NCBI RefSeq assembly: GCF_004010195.1
Contig: NC_057749.1
Span: 19,739,946-19,803,945, forward strand
Length of the DNA stretch: 64,000 nucleotides
Direction of reading: 5' to 3'
Source: Chiloscyllium plagiosum
Lineage: Eukaryota
The notes under the pieces are model-generated. The model worked only from the letters and a program-made list of their open reading frames with translations. It was not told the DNA's origin and searched no databases. Numbering within the stretch: the first letter of the stretch is position 1; every line of letters begins with the position of its first letter. Shown in pieces: positions 13,902 to 26,447 of the stretch. The position numbers were made by a program, and so were the translations under genes.

Positions 13902-14105
13902 GCTGAAAATGTGTTGCTGGAAAAGCGCAGCAGGTCAGGCAGCATCCAAGGAGCAGGAGAATCGACGTTTCGGGCATGAGCCCTTCTTCAGGCTGATGCC
14001 CGAAACGTCGATTCTCCTGCTCCTTGGATGCTGCCTGACCTGCTGCGCTTTTCCAGCAACACATTTTCAGCTCTGATCTCCAGCATCTGCAGTCCTCACT
14101 TTCCC
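13902..14105. mobile_element. Non-autonomous Penelope-derived hairpin element with minimal hammerhead core
   Basis: Perfect 76-bp inverted repeat (13902-13977 / 13996-14071); direct repeat ctccatgtacaa at 13888-13899 and 14106-14117. Confidence 0.85.
13964..13991 (-). ncRNA. Minimal type-I hammerhead ribozyme core (Penelope pLTR type)
   Basis: Minus strand reads CUGAAGA-A-GGGC(UCAU)GCCC-GAAA-CGUC: CUGANGA box, stem II, GAAA box, palindromic ACGU in place of stem III, GUC triplet. Confidence 0.7.
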
Positions 14106-14491
14106 CTCCATGTACAATGCTAAATCTCTTATTGCTTGTTTGTGTGAGAGACCTGCATGCTCTTTCTGAATACTTAACCTGTTGACTCACAGTTGAATCC
14201 AGATTCCAGGCCACATTTGCACCCAAAAGGATCATCCAGAGAATCTCAGAACTTCTATTCAGTAACCCTCAAATGTTTCTTGTCGATGTGCCTGAAATAT
14301 TACATTTTCCCTAAGTCTTTAGTGGATGGATGGAGTGAAATTTATTATCATGATCGTTACACCATGTCGAAAACTACTCTGTTGTCACAAGGGCATATAT
14401 AAGGCAGCCTGCTCATGCAAGCATTAATTGGGACCCATCGACATCTAAGCCTTTCATCCCACTGTCATGCTCTAAAATATAATTGTGTTTA

Positions 14492-15143
14492 CAGAGGAAC
14501 CTTGATTATCCGAACAAGATGGGGGGGCACTGTTTCATTTGGATAACTGATTATTCGGTTAATTGATTCCATGCCTTTCCTCTGGGGCTTGGAGTTTTCT
14601 GTTAGGTTCGCTCCCCATTCAGGAGACTAGGCAGCAACACACCGCGTATGAGCCCCTGACCCGTCCAACACCACACCCCCATCCGCACCCCCCCCACCCC
14701 ATCATCTGCCANCCTCCACTCCCGCACTCCCATCCACCCCCACTCCCTCTCTGGAGCAGCCAGACTGGACACACACATACACACCTTTTTACTGCAACTT
14801 TTTGATAGTTTCCACCTTTGCCCTGTACAGGACAATGTTAGAGAGATTATCTGGGAAAGGGGGGTTTAGGGTACACCCCTATGTAGAACTCCAGGGAAAG
14901 TGTTGGGGGAGAGAGAGAGGGCTGGAGGTCAGTCATTTGGAGACGGTGCCTGGGCTCCCATCGAGGTCTAGGACTGTTCTCGGCAGCATTTCGGTAAGCC
15001 GAGTTAACTTTTAATCACTGTAAAAAAGAGACGCGATCAGTGTTGAAAACACATCTTTGATGTAAAATTTCCATCGGACCTTGAGATCTTCTTCGGATAA
15101 TCCGATATTCGGAATTGATATTTGGATAATCAAGGTTCCTCTG
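14492..15143. mobile_element. Tc1/mariner (Tigger/pogo-like) MITE
   Basis: TIR CAGAGGAACCTTGATTATCC ... GGATAATCAAGGTTCCTCTG with TA on both sides; no transposase ORF. Confidence 0.88.
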
Positions 15144-15321
15144 TAAACAGAATTCAAATCCACACTTTTATGTGATAGCTTTATTTAAGTTAGCTAAACT
15201 CCCTTAAAATCATCTCCATTGATTATTATCTCTCTACATTTATCCAACCATTTCAAACCAATTAACTCTTAAGTAATGTATCCACTACCTATTCACTCAT
15301 TCCACTAGGTCTGAGGCATTC

Positions 15322-16677
15322 ATAGAACATAGAACATTGAACAATACAGCGCAGAACAGACCCTTCAGCCCTCGATGTTGCGCCAACCTGTGAACTATTC
15401 TAAGCTCATCACCCTACACTATCCCATCATCATCCATGTGCTTATCCAAGGATCGTTTAAATCTCCCTAATGTGGCTGATTTAGCTATATTGGCAGGTAG
15501 GGCATTCCACACCCTTACCACTCTCTGAGTAAAGAAACTGCCTCTGACATCTGTCTTAAATCTATCACCCTATAATTTGTAGTTATGCCCTCTCGTACAA
15601 GCTGACGTCATCATCTGAGGAAAAAGACTTTCACTGTCTACCCTCTGATCATCTCGTCTGTCTCTATCAAATCCCCTCTTAGCCTTCTTCTTTCCAATGA
15701 GAACAGACGCAATGCTCTCAGCCTTTCCTCATAAGAGCTTCCCTCCAGACCAGGCAACATCCTGGTAAAACTCCTCTGCACCTTTTCCAATGCTTCCACA
15801 TCTTTCTCGAAATATGGGGACCAGAGTTGTACACAGTATTCCAAGTGCGGCCGCGCTAGTGTTTGTATAGTTGCAGCATGACCTTGTGGCTCCGGAACTC
15901 AATCCCTCTACCAGAGAAACCTAACACACTGTATGCCTTCTTAACAGCACTATCAACCTGGGTGGCAACTTTCAGGGATCTATGTACATGGACTCCAAGA
16001 TCCCTCTGCACTACCAAGAATCGGTCCATTGACCCAGTATTCTGCCTTCCTGTTATTCTTCCCAAAGTGAATCACCTCACATTTCGCTGCATTGAACTCC
16101 ATTTGCTACCTCTCAGCCCAATTCTACAGTTTATCCAAGTCCCCCTGCAACCTGTAACATTCTTCCAAGTTGTCCATTACTCCACCGACTTTAGGGTCAT
16201 CTGCAAATTTACTAATCCATCCACCTATGCCTGCGTCTAAATCATTTATAAAAATGACAAACAGCAGTGGTCCCAAAACAGATCCTTGTGGCACACCACT
16301 AGTAACCAGACTCCAGGCTGAATATTTTCCATCAACCACCACTCGCTGCCTTCTTTCAGAAAGCCAGTTTCTAATCCAAACTACAAATTCACCCTCAATC
16401 CCATGCCTCTGCATTTTCTCCAACTGCCTACCATATGGAACCTTATCAAAGGCTTGGCTGAAGTCCATGTACATCACCTCAACTGCCCTACTCTCATCTA
16501 CATGCTTGGTCACCTTGTCAAAAAACTCAATGAGGTTTGTGAGACATGACCTGCCCTTAACGAAACCAAATTGAAATCAAATCGACTATTCGAAATCAAA
16601 TTGTTGGTTGCTAAATGATTATAAATCCTATCACGTATAATCCTTTCCAAAACCTTTCCTACAACAGAAGTAAGGCT
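15322..16677 (-). mobile_element. CR1-clade LINE, 5'-truncated
   Basis: YMDFSQAFDKVP, SGVPQGSVLGPLLFVIFINDLD, KFADD, LEYCVQLWSP; (agaacat)n tail. Confidence 0.92.
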
Positions 16678-16799
16678 CCTTAAAACTATATTAGATAATA
16701 ACAAATTCCTCTTTTTCCTTCATAAATAAAACTGTAATTTTTAAAAAATGAACAAAACATAGAAAATGACATACAATTATATTCCCATCTTTTCTTTGC

Positions 16800-17400
16800 A
16801 CATTAAAGTTCCAAGTGTTCTTTCTCCAATAAATGTAACAGTTTCTTAGAAATTGCTGCTTTCTTTGTAAAACAATTAAATAGCTGATTGCTGCCATCCA
16901 CCCATTTCAATTTGGAAATCTCCCCATCTTCCATCCTCTGTTTTAAAACTGCAAGATCGACTTTTGTCACCCACACATTTTGTTGAATGTACATTATCCT
17001 ATTTTATGATTGATGTGGCACTCAGTATTGCTGCTGAATTTCTTTCAGAAATTTCTGATTAAGTTTGCTCAGAAAAATGCCTCACTAAGAGCATGAGTCT
17101 TCATCATTAATATACTACTCTGCTGATCTTTTTACTTTCCCAAGCTAAAGGGCAACATTTACTAGAGGAAACATTATAAACCCTCTGCACTTGAGAACCA
17201 ATCACAGAGATTTGCATTAGAGGCATCACTAAAACCAACAAGTTTCATGCTTCTGGTATCTCCCAGTGAAGGGAATTTCAAAACACAATGCTTAATTTTT
17301 AATTTTTTCAATGTTCTGTTTACCTGAATAATATCTTCCACCTTGGGATTTTTCATACTCAACCCTAATATTCAAATCTGACATTTGGCCTTTTTGAGGG
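16800..17400 (-). mobile_element. Ty1/copia-like RT-RNase H remnant
   Basis: NRTLKKLK..LKFPSLG..KLVGFSDAS; DLAVLKQRMEDGEISKLKWVDGSNQLFNCFTK resembles the copia RNase H end motif QxADxxTK. Confidence 0.65.
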
Positions 17401-17559
17401 CCCAACTATGAAAATCCTGGGGGTTGCCAATAACCAGAAATTGAACTGAACTAGCCATATAAATACAATGTCTACAAAGGCTTTCCTGAGGCTAGGAATT
17501 CTTCAGTGAGTTATTCATCTTCTGACTGCCCAAAGCCTGTCCACCGTAGAAAGTAGAAG

Positions 17560-18090
17560 TTTGGAAGTACAAAGTAAGCCAGGCAACATCAGGAGGTGGA
17601 GAAGTCAACGTTCCGGGTGTAACCCTTCTGCAAAACTGGGGGTGGGTATAAGTGGAGCTGCAGATAAAGGAGAATGTAATGACAGGTTCGGGGAGGGGGG
17701 GAGTCAGGGTGGCGAGGTAGATAGAGATGAACACAGGTAGAGGGTACAGCCTGGTTGGTTGATGGAAGGAATGAATCTGGTTGGAAGCTGGAAGGAAGGG
17801 TTGATCAGAGGAATGGAAGGGAGGGGGAGGGGATGGGAAGGGAGTTGGAGGATGGGAAGGGAGGCTGTTTGAAATTGGAGAACTCAATATTCAGTCCTCC
17901 AGGCTGTAGGCTGCCCAGGGGGAAGATGAGGTGTTGTTCTTCCAATTTGCGGTCTAATTTGCTGTGGCATTGGAGGAGGCCAAGGATGGTCATGTCGGAA
18001 AGGGAGTGGGAGAGGAAATTGAAATGAACGGTGACTGGGAGGCCAAGTCAGCCCCTGCAGGCCTGGCTGAGATGCTCAGCGAAACATGCC
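17560..18090 (-). mobile_element. Penelope-like 3' fragment (GIY-YIG C-terminus + pLTR)
   Basis: MTILGLLQCHSKLDRKLEEQHLIFPLGSLQPGGLNIEFSNFK; degenerate core gcagaagggttacacccggaacgttgac. Confidence 0.8.
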
Positions 18091-18094
18091 CTGT

Positions 18095-18330
18095 TTCTTC
18101 GCATCTGAGATTTAACCGACTATAGTGGTGTCAACAGTGAACTTGTAAATGGCATTAGTCTGGCATTTGGCGACGTAGTCGTGGGTATACATTGAGTACA
18201 GTAGGGGCTGAGTACGCACCCCTGGGGGACTCCAGTGTTGAGTGTTAGTGAGGATGAAATATTGTCCCCAATCTTCACTGATGACGGCCTGTGGGTCAGG
18301 AAACTGAGGATCCAGTTGCAGAAATCACTA
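18095..18330 (-). mobile_element. Rex1-type RT fragment
   Basis: Minus strand: [37 protein letters not shown]. Confidence 0.7.
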
Positions 18331-18822
18331 AGTTCAGTAACAAGGGTTAAGATTGATGTTGTGCTTAGGCCCTGGAGTGAGAATTGACCTCAGAGCCTTG
18401 TGACTCAAAGGCGAGAGTGCAATCAACTGAGTTATGGCTGCCACAATGGTGAAGCTAAAAGAACAACCCATTTGGACACCTTTTTTGCTTTGGTTCAGTC
18501 GTCGGACATGGGCTTTGCTGACAGGCCAACATTTATTGCTTAGGAGGCTTTGGAGGCTAGCGTTTATTGCCCAGCCCTAGTTGCCCTCCAGAAGGTGGTG
18601 GTGAGCTGTCTTTTTGAACTACATGCTGGAGATTGACCCAAAATGCCCTTAGGGAAGGAATTGTGACACAAATCCATCTTCATCAACATGCTGAGGTAAG
18701 ACTTCAGCCTGGATCTTCTGACTCAGAAATGCAAATGCTACCTCTGTGTTGCACAATCTTTGAAACAACCTATTTGCTGACACAAAGAACGATCACTGAT
18801 TATTTGTCTTTTCTCTGTATAG

Positions 18823-18999
18823 GTTCCTATGGCAAGAGCCAGTATCCTTTGGCTTATTGGTGAGTACTGTGAACATGTGCCCACGATCGCTCCTGATGTG
18901 CTTCGGAAAATGGCCAAGTCCTTCACCAATGAGGAAGACATTGTTAAGCTGCAAATCACTAACCTGGCTGCCAAACTGTACCTTACCAACTCCAAACAG
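18823..18999 (+). CDS. AP3B2: AP-3 beta-2 internal exon: [59 protein letters not shown]
   Basis: tgtatag acceptor, CAG|gtgttt donor; 177 nt, phase 0->0. [15 protein letters not shown] matches the beta3B (AP3B2) rather than beta3A pattern as I recall it. Confidence 0.96.
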
Positions 19000-19804
19000 G
19001 TGTTTGTCTATTCTCTTATGCAATGGGGCTATACAAAGGTGGGAGGTGTTGATGCTAAATTTTGCTCATGGTTATTATTTACTTATGCTGCTCCATTTGA
19101 GCTATATTATGTTTTTTTTCAAATGAAGTCATCAATGTGAGTGTCAAATTCCTGATCAAGTTGGAAAATGGGCAAGTTTATTGATTAAGTTAAAACTTTA
19201 TTGCTAAGCAACCTTTAGTCTTGAGAATACAAGGTCTGAACTGAATGGGGCTGCCTGGAAATTGGCAAAAGTTTCAATTGGTCCCATTTGCCCCGACACA
19301 GAACATGTTATGAATGTACAAAACTGATGGGCAAGAAAAGACCTATTTCAGTCAAGCCTTCTCCATGCATCAGAAGGGGTCAGAGTATTCTAACTCAACA
19401 CTTGCTTCATTCTCTTTCCCTCTTCAATTCCCCACCTTCACCTCCAACATCCTATGGAGTCTTTTAACCTTCTAGAGCAAACAGGGGAAAACAGTACACA
19501 GTATAAAATTGTACCCTGACCCCTTCAAGAGATTGTAAGTCCAGAAATCAACAAGTTATCTATTGCGTTTATCTTTCATACTGTGTAATTTCCATCTACA
19601 TTAGGAGTTAGCCTAGTTCCTTCTTTGAGGGATAATAATCCAGAAGTTTTAACTTGAAGGGGTGAATCAGACAAGATCGTTCGAGTGCTCTACCTGTGTG
19701 CAAAGAGGTCAGCTTATTCTCTGTGGGTATTACGCTGGTTGATCTTAGTGTGTATGGAACCATCAGACAATAAAGAGTTATTCAACTGCCCTGATACAGC
19801 TGCC

Positions 19805-20245
19805 ATAGACCATAGAACATTATAGTGCAGTACAGGCCCTTCGGCCCTTGAGTTTTACCGACCTGTGAAACCAATCTGAAGCCCATTCAATCTACACAAT
19901 TCCAATATTATCCATATGTTTATCCAATAACCATTTAAATGCCCTTAATGTTGGCAAGTCCACTACTGTTGCAGGCAGGACATTCCACGCCCTGACTACT
20001 CTCTGAGTAAAGAATCTACCTCTGACATCTGTCCTATATCTATCACCCCTCAATTTAAAGCTATGTCCCCTCGTGCTAGCCATCACATCCGAGGGAAAAA
20101 AAGCTCTCAATGTCAACCCTATCTAATTCTCGGTCATCTTGTGTGCCTCTATTAAGTCACCTCCTAACCTTCTTCTCTCTAAAGAAAGCAGCCTCAAGTC
20201 CCTCAGCCTTTCCTCGTAAGACCTTTCCCCCATACTCGGCAACAG
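19805..20245 (-). mobile_element. CR1 LINE 3' fragment
   Basis: [40 protein letters not shown]. Confidence 0.85.
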
Positions 20246-20506
20246 ATGTTTTCTCTACGATAATTGATGATAGTTTCATGGACACCATGACTAGTTGCCA
20301 TTTCCAGAAATCAGTTGCCATGATGGGATTTAAATCCATGACCCTACAAGCATTAGCCTGGGCCTCTGGATTCCTGTTCCAGTGAAGTTTCCACTACATT
20401 ACCACCTTAGGTTTTTACAAAACATCAATCTATTACTCTGGTCATATTGATGTTGTATTTGGTTGACATACTTTATGGTTTTGTTTTATTTCTCCTTGCC
20501 CTCCAG

Positions 20507-20693
20507 ACCAAACTGCTGACTCAGTACGTTCTTAATCTGGCCAAGTATGACCAGAACTATGACATCCGGGACCGAGCCCGTTTCATCCGGCAGCTCATTG
20601 TTCCAACAGAGAAAAGTGGTGTGTTGAGCAAGTATGCCAAGAAGTTGTTTCTGGCCCAGAAGCCTGCCCCAGTCCTTGAATCCTCCTTTAAAG
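20507..20693 (+). CDS. AP3B2: AP-3 beta-2 internal exon: [62 protein letters not shown]
   Basis: ctccag acceptor, AAG|gtagga donor; 187 nt, phase 0->1; contains adaptin YDIRDRARF motif. Confidence 0.96.
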
Positions 20694-21889
20694 GTAGGAA
20701 GTTATGATATATCAATTTTGTTTATTATGGTTTGAGGCAGTGGGGTCACAGTAAGAAGAATCTTCTTCTGGTGGTGAGGTTGGAGGCAGGAAGAATATTT
20801 AATTAAGTGGAATGGTGTCTTACCCAAAATCCCGTAACCTTCCAGCCTCCACTAGAATCTGAGTGGGAAGGCACGTGGTCAGACTTACCATCCTGCTGCC
20901 AAGTGAGGCCAAGAAGTGGCCTCATGACATTACCTGCCTGTATTAGGTCCTGGTGGCCAACCCAAGGGCTGTCAGCCTCTAATTGGCAAAGTTTTGGCCC
21001 CAGCTCTTCATGCTGCAGGTGAGGATCAACAGGATTGTTCTTAATGAGTTTGTGAACCTCAGCCTTAACAATGATGGAATACTGATAATTGATCAGTACG
21101 CATCATATTTATTGTTTTAATCAGAACAGAAATTATTGCTGGGATTCATTTGCAAGACAAAGCCGTTCAGCCTGTTGAGCCTGTTCTGCCATTCAATTCA
21201 ATTTTAACCTTGTCTGTCATCTTACTGAAAAAAGATCTGTGGATCTTGGATTCCAGATTTCCAATTGACCTACAAATCTGAACAATGTTGCTTTTGAGGG
21301 AGGACAGATTTCCAGATTTCCATTACCCTTTGATCCAATTGGCTCTAAATTTCAGGTTCTCTCTGCGCCACATGCCATTTTGTACCTCTCCTCCAGCACA
21401 GACTCTGGACCATGTTGTCATACCCCCGACCAAGAACCTTACAACAGTAGAACGTAGAAGGCGGCCATTTGACCCCAGCTCTTTAAAAAGACAATCCAGT
21501 TAGTCCCACTGACATGCACTTTCTTTTCCCTCCCTGACTATTGCTTATTACATTTTGGAAAATTGTATTTCTGAGAGGAAATCCTCACAGTGCTTGCTCA
21601 ATTATTTATCTTACTAACTTAATCCAGAAATGAAACATACACGGCTTAACAAATACCTCACTCAGGAGGAGGAGGTCTCAGTTAAAATGTTTTTAAAATC
21701 TGTGATAATTCAATTAAACACTTCATAATTCAGCTTCAGATCACTAATTTTATATAATCAGTCAACCGTGTTTATTAAGCCCAAAACAAAACTTCTATTA
21801 AATGTGAGTGAAACTTGGTAAGCAATGCAAGAAAACATGCAGGCAAGTAATCCTCACTTCACACCAGTGCCATGGCAGAACATATCACA

Positions 21890-23180
21890 GAATCATAGTC
21901 ATAGAGACGTACAGCGCAGAAACATACTCTTCGGTCCACCTCACCATGCCGACCAGATATCTTAACCTAATCTAGTCTAATTTGCCAGCACTTGGCCATA
22001 TCCCTCTAAACCCTTCCATCTCACTCCTGACTTGCGTTTTGTAAACTGTGGACAGCCATTGCAGAGATAGGAGGCAAGTTACTCATTGCAGGATTCCCAG
22101 TCTCTGATCTGCTCGTCTTCACAGTATTTATATGGCAAGTCCAGTTCAGTTTTGATCAATGGTAAGCCCCAGAATGTTGATAGTAAGAGATTCAATGGTG
22201 GTAATACTATTGACTATCAAAGGGAGATGATCAGATTCTCTCTTGTTGGAGTATAAATGATTTGGATGTGAACATAGGAGGTATAGTTAGTATGTTTGCA
22301 GATGACACCAAAATTGGAGATGTCATGGACAGCAAAGAAGGTTACCTCAGAGTATAACAGGATCTTGATCAGGTGGGCCAATGGGCTGAGGAGTGGCAGA
22401 TGGAGTTTACTTTAGATAAATGCAAGGTGCTGCATTTTGGATGCCTTTTTAATACTGTAATTGTAGCAGCCTCCACCACTTCCTCTGGAAGCTCAATTCC
22501 TAAAGACACCACCCTCTGTGTGAAAAAGTTGCCCCTTAGGCCCCTTATATATCTTTCTCTTCTCACCCTAAACCTAGTTCTGGACTTCCCCACCCCAGCG
22601 GAAAGACCTTGTTTATTTATCCTATCCATGCCCCTCAGGATTTTATAAACCTCTATACGGTCACCCCATCAGCCTCTGACGCTCCAGGGAAAACAGTCCC
22701 AGCCTATTCAGCCTCTCCTTAGACACCAGAATTCTGGAGACCAGAATTGTGCACAGTATTCCAAAAGTGGCCTAACCAATGTCTTCTACAGCCGCAACAT
22801 GACCTCTCAACTCCTAAACTCAATGCTCTGACCAATACAGGAAAGTATACCTATTGCCTTCTTTACTATCGTATTTACCTACAACTCTACTTTTTAGGAA
22901 TTATGAACCTGCTCTTCAAGGTCTCTTTGTTCAGCAACACTCCCCAGGACTTTACCATTAAGTGTATAAGTCCTGCTCTGATTTGTTTTTCTAAAATGCA
23001 GCATCTTGTATTTATCTAAATTAATCTCCATCTGTCACTCCTCAGCCCACTGGCCCGTCTGATCAAGATCCCGGTGTACTCTGAGGTAGCCTTCTTTGCT
23101 GTCCACGACATCTCCAATTTTGGTGTCATCTGCAAACATACTAACTATACCTCCTAAGTTCACATCCAAATCATTTATAC
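21890..23180 (-). mobile_element. CR1 LINE 3' part containing an inverted templated insert (22014-22438)
   Basis: GNFFTQRVV, MFADDTKIG; agtcatagag tail. Confidence 0.8.
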
Positions 23181-23699
23181 TCCAACAAGAGAGAATCTAA
23201 TCATCTCCCTTTGATAGTCAATGGTATTATCATCATTGAATCTCCTACTGTCAAGATTCTGGGGCTGACCACTGATCAAAACTAAACTAGACTCGCCATA
23301 TAAATACTGTGGAGACAAGCAGATCAGGAACTGGGAATCCTGTGATGAGTAACTTGCCTCCTATCTCTGCAATGGCTGTCCACAGTCTACAAGACGCTAG
23401 TCAGGAGTGAGATGGAATACTCTCCACTTGGTGCAAGAAGTTCAAGAAGTTCAACACCAGCCAGGGTAAAGTAGCTCACTTGATTCATATCCCAGCCATC
23501 ATCTTTAACGTTCACTTGCAGCCCTAATGCACAGTGACAGCAGTGTGTATAATCTGAAACATCCACTGCAGCAACTCAACTAGGCTCCTCCAAAAACACC
23601 TTCAGTAGTCACACCCTCAATCATCTAGATGGGCAAGAGCAGCAGATACTTAGGTACACCAACATTTGCAAGTTCCCCTACAAGCCATGCGCCATCTTG

Positions 23700-24245
23700 A
23701 CAAAAGAACAAAGAGAAGTACAGCACAGGATCAAGACCATTGGCCCTTCAAGGCTGTGTCAATCATCATGCCCTAATTAAACTAAAAAACAAACCTTCTG
23801 CCCTTATTCAATCCATTTCCCTCTATTCCCTCTCTATTCATGTAATCATCCAGAAGCCTCTTAAATTTCGCTAACGTATCTGCTTCCACCACCTCTTTGG
23901 CAATGCGTTCCACGCTCCTACCACTCTCTGCATGAAAAACTTCCCTCACACATCTATCTCCCTTAATCACTCCCCCTCTCACCTTGAACTTCTGCCCCCT
24001 TGTAATTAAAACTTCAACTCTGGGAAAAAGCCTCTGTCTATCTACCCTATTTATGCCTTTCATAATTTTGTAGACATCTATCAGGTCTTCTCACAGCCAC
24101 CATCTTTCCAGTGAAAACAATCATAGTCATTTTAATCTTTCCTCATAGCCAATGCCCTCGATCCAGGCAACATCCTGGTGAACCTTTTCTGCATGCTTTC
24201 CAAAGCTTCCATATCCTTCTGGTAGTGTGGCAACCAAACTTGCAA
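23700..24245 (-). mobile_element. CR1 LINE 3' fragment nested in an older + strand LINE (~23180-23700 and ~24250-24390)
   Basis: MKGINRVDRQRLFP..EVVEADTLAKFKRLLD. Confidence 0.75.
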
Positions 24246-24613
24246 CTATATCACCATTCAGCTGTGTCATCACTATCACATATCCAAATTTTGGAGTTCT
24301 GGGTGATGGTGTCCCTGGATCACATGATTTGCAGCAGTTCAAGAAGGCAGCTTCCCAAGGACAATTAGAGATAGGCAGTTATGCCAGCTTAACTGAAACA
24401 TGATTCAGATTTTTAGCAATGTGGTGGAACGTGGTTAAAAACCATTGTAATTATCAGGTCATTTGAATTAAGTGGTTGTGAGTTATGTTGAGTGGTTGAT
24501 TTGTTTGTTTGTGGACTCTGCAGAGCAGGTCAGGATTAAATATGAGTTGGGCTGTCAGGGTGTCAGGTAGTTCAGAGACAGTTTTATAATTTTGGGATTT
24601 GCCTTTCTTACAG

Positions 24614-24732
24614 ATCGGGATCATTTTCAGCTCGGCTCATTGTCCCACCTGCTGAACAGCAAAGCTGGAGGTTACCAGGAACTCCCAGATTGGCCTGAGT
24701 CTGCCCCTGACCCCTCGGTCCGTAATGTGGAG
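24614..24732 (+). CDS. AP3B2: AP-3 beta-2 internal exon: (D)[39 protein letters not shown]
   Basis: ttacag acceptor, GAG|gtaatg donor; 119 nt, phase 1->0. Confidence 0.95.
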
Positions 24733-24859
24733 GTAATGGACAAAGTTTTAGCAAATTTGGGACAACTGTCCATACCAATACCCTGTTGCATTTATATAGC
24801 ACCTCTAATGCAGTAAAACGCCACAAGGTGCCTCACAACAGCATCACCAAACAAAACCA

Positions 24860-25760
24860 TGTTCAGCTGCTTCATCAATGACCTTCCCTCCATCATAAGG
24901 TCAGTACTGGGTACGTTCGCCAATGATTGCACAATAGTCAGCACCAATCACAACTTCTGAGATACTAAAGTAATCCATGTCCAAAAAAGCAAGATCTGGA
25001 TAACTTCCAGGCTTGGGCCGAAAAGTGACAAGTAAATTCATGCTATAAAAATGGCAAGCAATGTCTGACTCCAATAAGAGGCAATCCAACCATTGCCCCA
25101 TGACATTTAATGGCATTACCATCACTGAATTCCCCCACCATTAATATCATAGGGATTACAATTGACCAGAAACTGACCTGGACTATAAATATAAATATAG
25201 TGGCTACAAGAACAGGTCAGGGACTAGGAATCCTGCAGCAAATAACTCACTCCTGACTTCTTAAAACCTGTCCATCATCTACAAGGCATAAGTCAGGAGT
25301 GTGATGGAATTCTCCCCACTTGCCTGGATGAGTGTCACTGCAACAACACTCAAGAAGCTTAACACCATCTAGGACAAATCAGCTGGCTTGGTTGGCACTA
25401 CATCCACACATCCACTCCCTCCACCAGTACTGCTCAATAGCTCCAGTCTATTATCTACAAATGCATTTCAGTAAGTTTCCATAAACAGCACCTTTCAAAT
25501 CCACAATCACTTCCATCTGAAAGGCCAAGGGCAGCAGATACATGGTAACACAGTCACCTGCAAGATCTCTCAATCCGCTCACTTGGAAATATCACTGTTC
25601 TTCTGTATCACTGGGTCAAAGTCCTGGGGTTCCCTCTCTATTGGCATTGTGGGTCTATCTCATGCACTCATGGACTACAGCAGTTCAAGAAGGCAGATTA
25701 TCATCACCTTCTCAAGGGCAACTATGAACATGTAATAAGAGCTGCATCAATGAATATGTT
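24860..25760 (+). mobile_element. CR1/L2-group LINE 3' part (second family)
   Basis: FINDLPSIIRS.GTFANDCT; same family on the - strand at ~43050-44610. Confidence 0.75.
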
Positions 25761-26447
25761 CGATGAGTGAATTTTTTTCTAAATTGCTGCTAAGTTGCAA
25801 AAAGAGAGATCCCAGTCAGTGATGAAAAGATAATCTTCGAGGAGATCGGAGAAGTAGAAGAGTTATACAGGGAATTCCAGAGTTTGGGGACCATGCAGCA
25901 GCAGTTACAGCCACCAATGGTAGAGCGATGAAAATCTAGGATGCTCTAGAGGCCAGATTTCACAAAGGTTTTGAGATGAAGGCAACTACAGAGATAGAAA
26001 TGAGACTATGGATAGATTTGAAAATGGGGACGAGGATTTTTAAATCATGACATTACTTGTCAAGGAGCCAGTGTTGGTCAGTGAACATAGGGATGATTGG
26101 TAAGTGGACTCTCAGGTTTTGAATTATCTCAAATATGTAGAGAATTAGCAATGAGGCAGCCCACAACAGGGGACATCGAGCTCTTGTGAAGTGTGCAAGT
26201 CCAGCTTGTCTAGGGGCTTATGGACTGTGTTGTTGGACTGTTAACTGTGTTTCTTTGTTTTTCTACTTTTTAGTAGGATGGGCTGTAATATTCAACTTTT
26301 TAACTTTATTTTCTTTATTTTTCTGCTTTGTACCTAGATTTTGTATCTCGATACCCTAATACCTAAGAAGGCACCATAAGTGGTGATTTGTAAACTTTTC
26401 TCTGTATTCATGTGAGTACATGTGACAACAAACTTAATTCAGTGAGA

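Noticed and set aside
13882..14235. Near-identical peptides encoded on both strands
   Set aside because: Consequence of the DNA palindrome.
14712..14712. Single N base
   Set aside because: Assembly ambiguity in a C-rich tract; not biological.
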